From Eremomyces bilateralis CBS 781.70 (lineage: Eukaryota): a stretch of 62,240 nucleotides of DNA. This document shows, in pieces, positions 1 to 10,116 of this stretch (position 1 is its first letter; each line of letters opens with the position of its first letter). A program made the position numbers and the translations under genes. Below the pieces are notes generated by a model. That model had not been told where the DNA came from. It made no database searches and worked only from the letters and a program-made list of their open reading frames with translations. Where the stretch lies: assembly GCA_010015585.1 (NCBI GenBank), contig ML975177.1, one strand, 5' to 3'.

Positions 1-2
1 AT

Positions 3-290
3 CGAGACGAGCTTCATCCCGACGAAGTGGATGCCGAGTTCGTCCGATATCGAGAACTACCCCGAGGGCCGGATACGGAGTATTACGATGACCCGCCGAG
101 CGCTAACCGTGCGGGAGAACGCGCCCTACCGCGATATTACGATGTCGTGGAAGCGCCATACGAAGGCCCTCGGCGGAGTTCGCAGCTGGGCTCGGAACGG
201 GAAGCCCGGCAGCAGGACGCCGTGGCGGGGCCTCAGGAGGAGCTTTTGCCGCCAGCAAGAGCTCCGGGATACGTTGAGCCGCCGAGTTGA
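3..290 (+). CDS. 3' end of a hypothetical protein gene entering from the left edge
   Basis: The frame is open from base 3 (RDELHPDEVDAEFVRYRELPRG...GYVEPPS*), GC-rich, and followed by an AT-richer 3' region. No recognisable domain, and frame 1 is also open, so the frame is uncertain. Confidence 0.45.
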   Translation, partial: RDELHPDEVDAEFVRYRELPRGPDTEYYDDPPSANRAGERALPRYYDVVEAPYEGPRRSSQLGSEREARQQDAVAGPQEELLPPARAPGYVEPPS

Positions 291-451
291 AGCTGTGGAG
301 ATCACTGGTAGTGGAGGATGTGGAATAGACTCTATTGTATCTCCTAGATCAGACGCTGGTGATATCTAAGCTCTGTTGAACGCTATATAAAATGCCAGTT
401 CTTCCATAACAGTCGAAAGTATGATGCTGATGATAGCCCTGTCGCTCTCCC

Positions 452-1267
452 TCACTCGATAACCCCTTCTTTACGCGCAACGTCGAAAATGGCCCTGGTC
501 ACCACCTCCACGTCCAGAGTCTTGATCGGGATTCTGTGATCGCCGTTCCACTCAATCAACGTCGTCGTCCCCGGTGCGCAGTACTTCTGCAGCAGTCTCC
601 TATGGAGCGCGATCCCCGCGTCAGCCACCCCATGCACATGGATCGTCGGCATCTTCAACACATGCGCATCACCCTTGAGCTCCACGTCCTTCCCATCGTC
701 GTGCTTCCCGGCCGATTGCAGTCCCTCGATCCCCCTCGTGGCCTTCGTGAGCCGCACGATCGGCCCCCGCCCTGCCATGATCACGGCGAACTTCCAATCT
801 CCGCCGTACGGGTCTGGGATCCCCTTCGCCTTGCCCACCTGCCGGTCGAACAGCAGGCTCGCCGCGATCTTCGCGCCTTGGCTGAATCCGAGGATGCCCA
901 CCCACGGCCCCGTGCCGCCGAGGCGGTCATCCTCCTCAATCGCCGTCTTGAGGGTGTACTCTATTTCATCCTCGGCGCTCTCGTCGTCGACGGTGGGGTG
1001 CGAGTCGAGCCAGCCGAGCCACCGGCGGAATTGGGGGCCGAAGGAGGTGTACACGGGGTGGATCCCCGGGCCCGCGCCGCAGATGAAGGGTCCGTCTGCG
1101 AAGACGAGTCGGAAATGCTGGTTGAGCGGAGGGATTAAGCAGCGGCATTGGGCGCGGAATATCTCGGCCGTGGTGCCGCCGCCGTGCAAGCAGAGAATCC
1201 GGGGGAACGACTTGGTGGATTCTGGGTTGACCCGCGGGTCTATATACGTGGTTCCGTTTTGCGCCAT
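452..1267 (-). CDS. FSH1-family serine hydrolase/esterase (LovG/CitA-like alpha/beta hydrolase)
   Basis: Motifs RILCLHGGGT, nucleophile elbow GILGFSQGA, PTIHVHGVAD (Asp) and WNGDHRIP (His). ATG at 1267, no intron needed. Confidence 0.92.
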   Translation of the reverse strand: MAQNGTTYIDPRVNPESTKSFPRILCLHGGGTTAEIFRAQCRCLIPPLNQHFRLVFADGPFICGAGPGIHPVYTSFGPQFRRWLGWLDSHPTVDDESAEDEIEYTLKTAIEEDDRLGGTGPWVGILGFSQGAKIAASLLFDRQVGKAKGIPDPYGGDWKFAVIMAGRGPIVRLTKATRGIEGLQSAGKHDDGKDVELKGDAHVLKMPTIHVHGVADAGIALHRRLLQKYCAPGTTTLIEWNGDHRIPIKTLDVEVVTRAIFDVARKEGVIE

Positions 1268-1396
1268 GGCCAGGGGAAGTGAAGAGTACACTTGTAGATT
1301 TGAAAAATCTAATCGGAAACTTTTCTTGAGATCGAAAAACTGATTCTATGAAGCTCAGCTTTGGTGTCCTTGAACAGCAGTCAGCGGTGCTGAAGG

Positions 1397-1406
1397 CTAA
1401 AAATAG
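1397..1406. promoter_or_regulatory. Candidate Rlm1/MEF2-type MADS-box site CTAAAAATAG
   Basis: Exact match to CTA(A/T)4TAG about 130 bp upstream of the FSH1-like ATG; function inferred only. Confidence 0.3.
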
Positions 1407-2003
1407 TGGTGATGGTCTATCCCGATATTCTGATAGAGTCCGAGAAGTGATAGACTCAGCTTACCGACTGATGAACACAGAGACTAGGTCGCAAGAATTC
1501 TAGACACAAGGAGATGGGTTTTAAAGTGAGGAATGAGTATAAGATGGGGTGATTTCCTAGGCCAAAGATTGGAGATATTGATAAATCCGAGCCCGTCCTT
1601 CAAAGGTTGAGTGATTGAGTGGTGCAGCGGTAGTAAGCTTTCGGACTGCGACTCTTATTCTCAAAGCCCCATCCCTGAGGCTGCTAGCGACAATATATTT
1701 CTCAGGCAAGTAATGGTTGGAAACTTAGGTACTTACATTTCTCAAATATGTTAAGGCAAAACGGAATATATGGGTTCATATCTGATTGCATTCACGAGCA
1801 CCATCTAATAACACCACAAATGAAGCCTTCGCTATGGAGCACTGCACACTTCCGCCGGTCCCATCATTGCTCACCAGAAGGGAGGCTTGCCGGTATCTTT
1901 CGTCAAATTTCGGCAGGCAACTCAACGTCAACCAGATTACTTCACATTACATAGTTCATGATCTGCCGGGTCCAGAAAGCCAGGGGGTCAAAGAATCACA
2001 GCA

Positions 2004-2896
2004 TCATACGGCGCTGTGATGACTCTCGCTCATCTCCACCTGGTCCTTGACTTCTCCGACCTCCGCTCCACCCGGATGGACCACTCCACGCCTCGTCGCC
2101 ATCTTCCCAGCCATCCCCCACTTTTCCTCCGTGACCACCAGTCGCACCCAGATCACCAACCACACCAGCCCATATACCACGACCGTCCCGACCAAGATCC
2201 CCACACAATACCCTGCCACGCCCCCGCGACCGACCTCCCCGTCATCCAAAAAGCTATAGACGTAAAACCCTTCGGTGGCGTACGTGATGTACGCGAGCCC
2301 GAGATACAGCGCGAGGAGGACGACTAGCGCGGCTACGTAGACTACCGGGGGCCGCTCGGTGCGGGGGATGAGGATTTCGAGGACGGCGAAGAGGAGGTTC
2401 AGCGCGTGCTGGGTGACGTTGGACCAGGTGTCGAACGGGGTGGAGAAGGTATCGAATAGGACGGCCCAGAAGACGACTGCGATGGGCGTCAGAGGCTTGA
2501 CGGGGGGAGGACACAGGGACACGTACTCGTTACGACGAATGGGAAGGTCGTGATAGTTGTATAGAATATGGCATGAAGATACTGTAGAGCCGTTGGCCAG
2601 CGGGCGAGCAACGGCTTTCCGGCAAACCAGAAGCTCCCCGTATGGAAGGCCGCGAACGCGTAGTAGAACGCGATGCCCCAGAACGTTAGGCTCGTGAAGT
2701 AGCTAAAGGACCGACGCGCCGCCTCGTCCATGCCGTGGGTGCTGCGCCATCCTAGTAGAAAGAATATGGTAACGAAGCAATACAGCGCAATCAGAGCTCG
2801 TAGAAGGAAGAAGTGGAGGGGTGAGAGGAGCCAGGAGGTGTGGAAGCGGTGGGTAGGGTCAAAAGGTGGCTCGGGGAGCCATGGCCAGCGACGCAT
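2004..2896 (-). CDS. FAR-17a/AIG1-like multi-pass membrane protein (2 exons; intron 2477-2526)
   Basis: A GTACGT...CTGAC...CAG intron joins FVVT-I-VFWAVL. About six hydrophobic helices; motifs SFSYFTSLT, QHALN, GFYVYSFLD. Confidence 0.8.
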
Positions 2897-3513
2897 GGTT
2901 GCCCATCGTCTGAGGGAGAACGAGGAGTGGGGAAAAGAAAGAAATCAAGACTCTTGAGTGATAAATCGCAAGAAAGGAACGCTTCAGACTTAAAGCTGTA
3001 TGCAAGAGAGGGAGCTCAGCTGCCCAAGCCATGGCCGGGCTGAAGCGCAGGAGATGGCGTCGAACAATATGATATTGAATGGGTCAGGGAGACGCCACGA
3101 TTCTTCCGGCAGATCTCCAATTGCATTCCATTAGCTTTCATAGAAGCAAGCTGGAGACATCGTCGCTCCATGATGAGAGATGCCTAATTTCCCCTGGGGC
3201 TATCGCTTCGACACATCAGTAATCATTACATTTATGAATAGTGGAGGAGAGAAGGTTTGGGGAGCGGGAGTTATGGTATCTAAATACCTGCGGTACGGTC
3301 TCTTAGACTGGAAGGGGTATCCATATAGTGGGTCAGGTATCCGACATGCAATATATCATGAACACACTCTTAAATCTTAATGTTGCCGATGCTGATCTTG
3401 TCTCTACTGGGAACAATGTTAACCAAAGAAGTGTATCGAACATTGACCATATCACCATTAAGCCTATCATGGCAATCATATCGTAAATCAGGTACACATA
3501 CAGCTACAAACCC

Positions 3514-4840
3514 CTATAGCTCATCCTTCTTCCGAGCCTGTCCCGCCTGTCCCGCCTGCTCCTGGCCCTCCTGCTGCCCCTGCTTCTCCGCCTGCCCCTC
3601 TGGCGGCTCCTCCATCACCCTCTTCTTCGGATTCCGCGGCTCGTCCGAGTCCTGCAACACCGTCCCGTCCGCCCTCCGAACGGGTTCCGCCTGCACTTGC
3701 GCTCCCGCCTGCCCCCCTTGCTGCTGACGAGATTTCTCCGCCATCTGCCCAACTCGCTGCGACATGGACCCGCGGACGCTCGGATCTTCTGGATCCTTTG
3801 CTCCGTATCCGCCGGCGCCGGCACGCATGAACGGCTGGGGGTCTTGATCCCGACGAAGGTGGGGTAAGCCTTCGGTGGCGCTGGGTTTGACGATGAGGGA
3901 CGAGGAAGGGGAGGAGACCGCGATTGAGCTGCTCTGAGCGGAGCCGAGGATTCCGGATGCGGAGAGGAGGTAGGATGAGAGGCGGAGGAGGAGGAAGAGG
4001 GGTTGGAGACACAGCCAGTAGATGGGGCTCCAGAGGAGACGGCGGAAGACGAGCCAGAGGACCGTTCCGAGGAGGAGGTAGAACGTCGTCTGTAGATACC
4101 AGCTATCCGTCTTCGAGGTCCGTAACAGCGACTTGAGCAGCGTCGACGACGACGACAGCAGGCTGTCCAGGTCCGTATAGTTCTCCGCTAGCCCCCGCAG
4201 GTCCCGGCTCGACTGTTCAAACACTTCCTGTGATGCGCGAGATCTCTCCACCTCCGATTGCATCAACTCCAGCGTCCGTTGCAGGGCGTCGGTGACTTCG
4301 CTTTGGGCGGTCACGCGCGCGTCTTCGTGCGGTTGGCGCTCGTGTCCGCGTCGTGGTCGGTTTGACGTAGGGACGTCCGGTGTGATGGCGAACCGTTGCT
4401 CCCGCTCCTTCTTGCGGGCGATCTCGTCGTTCCGGAGCGCTTGTAGTTGCGCGCGTCGGAACTGGCTGCGCGTGCTGGGAGGGGTTTAGTCCGCTATATG
4501 AGAAGAAGATGGGGTGGTGCGGAGCGTACCTCTTCAGATCTTCCCGTGACCGGGCGACCAATGACTCTAATCGCGCCTTCTCCCTACTGACGGGCGTCTC
4601 CCGACTATGCGGTCCTTCTCTTACTGCACCGGGCAAGTCTTCGACGTCTTGGCCGACTAAGTCGAGGTGTTCCTCGTTGCGCTTCAGACGATCGACGATG
4701 TCAGGACGTAGGGCGGTGCGGGGCTGCGGACCTAGTTTGTTCAGGCGATGGACGAGGTGGAGGGTCTCTTTGTTGCTGTCGATCAAGGTCTGGAGGCGGG
4801 CGTCGAGGTTGGTGCAGATGGCTTGCCAGGTGGAGAGCAT
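3514..4840 (-). CDS. SEC20: ER SNARE Sec20 homologue (2 exons; intron 4475-4529)
   Basis: Sec20-like coiled coil SEVTDALQRTLELMQSEVERS...LLSSSSTLLKSLLRTSKTDSW, then a TM helix and RRL. The GTACGC...CAG intron restores the frame (KSTRSQFRRAQLQA). C-terminus ends KKDEL, an ER-retrieval-type signal like the yeast Sec20 HDEL. Confidence 0.9.
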
Positions 4841-5408
4841 GGTGGGTGGAGTGGACGGAGTGGCTTGATATAAAGAGTGATGACGATGACGAGCTCTTAA
4901 TCCCTGGCCTCCGGACGGGATTCCAGCCGATTGAGAGGAAGCTTCGGTCTGCAAAAGGGAATGGAGATCAGATCATTCTTGAATATTTCAACAGTCGATC
5001 AGCTTCTACTCAAAAAAAAACCAAAACTGTGTGAGGACACCTTTGCGACTTTCGTCAGAGCAGCAGAATAACCTGTAATTAGACAATTGTCCTGTTCGTA
5101 GCCAGAGCTTCATCGGTGGAACTTCGGAAGTGAAGAATTAGAGAATCACCACAGGACCATTTCTATGTCAAGAGTCTCTCCATATACATTCGTAACCACA
5201 GTTCCCACCGTTCAATTCATTTCTAATATTTGCCTAAGACGAGAGACGGTACAATTGGTGCATCGGTATGGGAAGATAGTGCAGTTCGACACCTCAACCA
5301 TCACCTAGTCCGCATCTCTACAGACTATAGCGAACAAGCAACCACTAACCACGCAACAGATACCGACATCCTCACATCCTCCGCTCCCCCCACCCCCAAC
5401 CCTCCATC

Positions 5409-5759
5409 ATGATCACCAGATTCCTCACCGACGTCTCCGCGTCCTTCAACCCCTTCTCCCCCCGCGCCAAGACCGTCCGCAGCTTCCTCGCCCTCCTCCC
5501 GGCGAACGCGCGCCAGACTATGAAGGTGAATGTGAAGGTGCTGCCGCGGACCAGCGCCGAGGACGGGTCGTTGTCGTTACAATTTAGTGCGTGGATTCCT
5601 TACGATGACCTCAATAGACATGGCTGACTGACGATGTGTGCAGAGGATGGGAAGCAGCTAGAGGTGGACCTGCAGCGGTTGAAGATCAAGGAGGTCATGG
5701 AGGAGGTGGATCGACATTCACGGAAACTGGGACGGCAGGCGGAATTATCGGATGGGTAG
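5409..5759 (+). CDS. MRPL44: Mitochondrial 54S ribosomal protein L44 / mL53 (intron 5587-5643)
   Basis: MITRFLTDVSASFNPFSPRAKTVRSFL...F|KDGKQLEVDLQRLKIKEVMEEVDRHSRKL matches the fungal Ribosomal_L44 pattern; canonical GTGCGT...CTGAC...CAG intron. Confidence 0.92.
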
Positions 5760-5967
5760 ACGGAGGAGGCGGGTGGTATGATATATGTATTTGGGGAGGG
5801 TTCTAGCGTCCCAGCGCACCACGGTGGTACAAACTGTAATCTATACTTTTGGTCATTCGGTCCAGACCGTTATATATCCCCTCATCCCTCCAAAATTCAA
5901 TATCCACGGTTCATCCTACCTTATGCGATGAGGCATATGGGGCTGGTTTCGACGCCGTAGCCCATCT

Positions 5968-7084
5968 CTAACCAGACGGGGCGCCGGAGATGAAGAACCA
6001 CTTGTCGATCGATCCATCGATCGGTGCCGGCTGCAGGCTCTGGGACTGCGTAAGGCCGAGAGTGTTGGGATCGATGCGCTCGGCGGATCCGGGGACGGTA
6101 ACCGTACCACTGGAGGGGGTTAGCAGAGTCAATGGATGGATGGATGCGAAAATCTTACATGCTGATGCCATGGCGGTCGGCCTTGCCGTGCACCAGGCGC
6201 TCCCAAGCCTCGTTGCATTCGCGGACGATGTCGGTGGCGTACCTGCTCCTTGTTAGCCGCGATCTTCGCCATAATCGAACACAATCCCTACTTCTGATTC
6301 TTGCACTCGCCCGAGAAAGCGAACTGGTTCTCCGGTTTTCCATCCGGGATTTTATAGATGCGGAACCACTCGTTGGTGGCGCGCAGCAGGCCGGGGAGGT
6401 GGCGCTCGACGTCCTCGATGTCGTGCAGCTTGGAGGCCAGCGGGTCGTTGACGTCAATGACGATGACCTTCCAGTCGGTCTCCTCCTCGTCTAGCAGCGC
6501 CATGACGCCGAGCACCTTGACCTGCTTGATGTCGCCGGGCTTGGCGACGAGTTCGCCGATCTCGCACACGTCGAGGGGGTCGTTGTCGCCCTTGGCTTTG
6601 GTCTCGGGGTGGACAACGTTGGGGTCCTCCCAGGTCTACAATGGTCGTTAGACTTTAGTTGTGTCTAGCTGTGGAGGATGGGAGTGCGGGGAATCGCCAG
6701 CTCGCGGGGCAGGCACACACCTGAGGGAAAGCACCGTAGTTCCAGAGATACCCCTTGTGAGGGAAGCAGTTCCGCACGAAGCGAAGCTTCCCCTTCTTGA
6801 TATCCTGCTTGATGGGATTGAGGGGATCCTCTTTGGAGATCTGGAAATTTGACGTTAGTGGGGGTCGCCATCCACTCCATCGGTAATCTACGTACCTCCA
6901 TCTTCGCATTGGTCCAGCGCGGGATCTCGACGATCATGTTGAGGACGGTCCCTTGCTCGTTGGCATACAATGGGATGTCGTGGAAGGGCGAGACGGGCAC
7001 GCCATCCTTCTCGACGTACACGCGGTGCTCGAGGGTGTTGGGCGCGCCGACTTTGCGGGCGGTATAGGTGGATTTGGAAGCCAT
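5968..7084 (-). CDS. IPP1: Family I inorganic pyrophosphatase (introns 6841-6895, 6636-6720, 6243-6291, 6110-6158); possible N-terminally extended isoform from 7543/7558
   Basis: Motifs [63 protein letters not shown]. All four introns are canonical and keep the frame. Confidence 0.97.
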
Positions 7085-8086
7085 GGTCGATGAGCGTCGT
7101 GATCCACTGGGTGCAGTGGAATGAGGAGGGGACGAGAAGTGGGAGTGATGGTAGTGGTGAGGGGGAGAAAGATGGGCGGCGAGCTGGGAGGTGCGCAGGT
7201 GAATTTTGTCGGCGGAAGCTCGTGAGCGGTGTGTGAAAAATGGAGAGGAGCTGTTGTTGGTGGTGCTTGTAGTGTTGGTGGTGGTGTAGCTGCTCAGGCT
7301 GTTGGGGGGGTTGGTTGGTGGGGGGGGACGGTCGGAAGACGACATGTATCGCCGCTGTGAATGAGTAGCGCCAACTCTGCACGACGCCGCCGGCTGCAAA
7401 TGAGGCAAATGAGGCAAATGCTGCAAATGATGCAATGTCGCAAATCGTCGAATCGAGCCGGTATTCTTGATGGGAGCGCGACGATGGAGCAGCAACAGCC
7501 GGGCGTAGCTGGAGAGGATGGATTGATGCCGTTCTGAGCGCATTCCGTACGTGATCATGGTCCTCCGTTCCAATCGCTTAGGAATTCGCAATACCTCGGG
7601 ATAATGGAGGACCAAAGGAGGGCAGTCAGGGCAGGTCTCCAATCTCCATGCGCTGGCCGCTGTAGTCTCGATCCGCCTCCACCCCGATGCCGGTTGATAA
7701 AATTATTCGGATGTGACGACCGAAGCTGGTGTTTCCCGCGTCCTCTCTCCCAAGTAATTTAAGTCCCCGTGGTCTCCCGGCACGACGCCTCGCTTCGTGT
7801 TCCCTCCTTAGTCCTTACTGTTCAGCAACGGTTCTAGGCACCGCGGGGGTCCAATTCAACCCTCCAGACCTTCGATTGATCAGATGCTGAGGGTGGGGGT
7901 GCTGCTCAGCCAAATCACCATTTTCAAAATTAATCCTCCGTTTATTGAATTCATTCTAGTTCCTCAACAATCAATTGAAGGCTATATCCTAGATCAGGCA
8001 CTCATGGCGGGTAGCCCTCTTAAGTCGGCTCAATCATACCATTGATTATACATGTTGCATCAACGTTATATCCATTGATGATCCTT

Positions 8087-10116
8087 TCAGTACAGCCGAT
8101 TCGGTCTCCAAAACCCAGCAAGGTCGGATTCCTCCATGATTCCATCACCTTGGAATTCTGGGTCTGGGACTAGAGCGTCGTCCAATTGCACGAAATCCGA
8201 ACCTGACGCCCCGTGATCAAAGTCAGGATACCAACTTCCATGCGGCTCCCCTTCTGTCTGTAGTAGATTGTCTTCGTCGTCGATATCCAGCGGTTCCGCC
8301 TCAGCCCTGTCATGCATCGGATCCTCACGCAAGCCTTGCGGTGCGTCATAGAGGTCGATCGGATTGCTCCATATATAGCCTCCCGCGTGCGAGGCGACTG
8401 AGCGGGTCCGAACGAAGTCCGGGAAGGCCTGCGGAATGGGTTGCGCTCGGTCATCAGCAACATGTGTATTCTCCAGTTGAAATCCTTCAGTAAACTGCTC
8501 TAGGCCAATGCCCTCCTCGGGCAAATGCTGATCGATGACCGTTGCCTCCCTCTCGTGGAGATTCCGAGAAACGGCAGCATCGCAATGTGCGAGGATGTAA
8601 TTCAGAGATCCAGCAGACCCTAGCCCAAGTCCATCTCCGGCATATCTTAGGTTGTTCAGTCCTAGATGGTCAAACTGATTGGTTGGACTTGAAGTCGACT
8701 CCGGGACAAATACCCGATAATTGGCAGGAGACTGGTGAGCCGGCACCGGGCTGAAAGGGGGGTTTTCCAGAATATGACTGGGGTGAGTAGATGCACAGGT
8801 CTTCAGAGCTCGAATCCTATGAGGATGATGTTGAGGAGCTATTTCGTAGGCCGTAGACTCAGCTCTTGAGGGAGCTCCTTCGTCGACTCCTTGAGGGGTT
8901 ACTCGAGTAACTCGATCGCGTACGCAAGTTTGCGTTGGCCTCTGGAGGTCTTCTGCATGAGGATATAAAGTTGATCCTGATTGACAACGCTGCGCAGTGG
9001 AATCTCCATGCACTGGACTAGGCGAGAATTCCCTCGCATCGTGACCTGTAGCTTCGAAGCGTTGCAATGGCGAGCTTGGCCACGTGTACGCCTTTGCAGT
9101 CGGAGTTCTCTCATCCCCCGCCGTCTGAATGTATACCAACGGAGAATGCTCGACCAATGGAGTCCCCGAGCCGATACCTGACGTCGAAGGGCCACTTCTA
9201 TGAGTCTTTCCCTTCAATCCGCCATTCCTATTCCTTTCGGGGGTTCGTTGAGAGTTGGCGTCAATCTCCCCAGGTGGTTTCCGACGAGTATCGAAATAAG
9301 CTGATATCGTCTGCTCATGTTTGTTGTGCTTCGTCTTCAAAGACTTTTTAGCTGACTTATGCGCTGGTTCACTGCCGCTCTTGGATCGGAGGAAAGACAT
9401 ATCCGCAAAGGCAAGGTCAGGGACTGCATGTCGGTCAGATGTGCAAGATGAAGAAATGTGGTGGATTCGTACGTGCTTGCCCTCGCCCACCACTTGCTGC
9501 CTGGCCTTTGTTGAGGATGCCTAGGCTTTCATGTGGCTTCAGCTTGGAGGTATTAGCAGATGCCGGCAGGAAAAGTATATAAGAATATGATACAATTGTC
9601 CCTTACGGTCAAACGCTCCGAAGCAACATTCTCGGCTTGGAATGCGCGTAAATTTGCCAGATCCCTGTTGCGCTTTGCCTTTGACTTGTCGTTCGGTCCG
9701 CTCCTCCTTTCCTTCCTGTGGTCCTTCTTCCTCTTTTTCCGGGTACCGCACTGTGGCGAGTAGAGATCGGCGCGAGGTTTATGTCTTGGTCTACGCTCAT
9801 ACTGTACTTCAGGAGACACGACTTCGGCTTTCGTGTAACGGCCGTCAACTCCACCGGAAGCCGTCCCATGAACTGAAGAATGGTTCGGACCGGGCCGGTT
9901 GCCGCGGGTGTGTTTACGCGGAGGATAGTTAGAGTCCAATATGGAGCTGTCAGATCGGATGCCTTTGCGTTGGACCAATTTTGCATGCTCTACAGGCACT
10001 GGTGGGGACTCGGACAGACAGGACGAGTTATTGAGCGCGGGAGCAGAGCCGGGAGAAGGCCTGGGGACACGGATAGAAGCCGATGCATCTTGTAGCCATT
10101 CCTTGATGTCCATCAT
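8087..10116 (-). CDS. Conserved fungal hypothetical protein, largely disordered (introns 9543-9606, 9424-9472)
   Basis: Two canonical introns join YERRPRHKPRADLY...NVASERLT|LKPHESLGILNKG...QALPDLAFADMSFL into a long ORF ending GFWRPNRLY. Basic NLS-like stretch RKKRKKDHRKERR. Confidence 0.78.

Noticed and set aside
536..1343. Long plus-strand ORFs over the FSH1-like gene
   Set aside because: Antisense shadows of a GC-rich coding sequence; no motifs.
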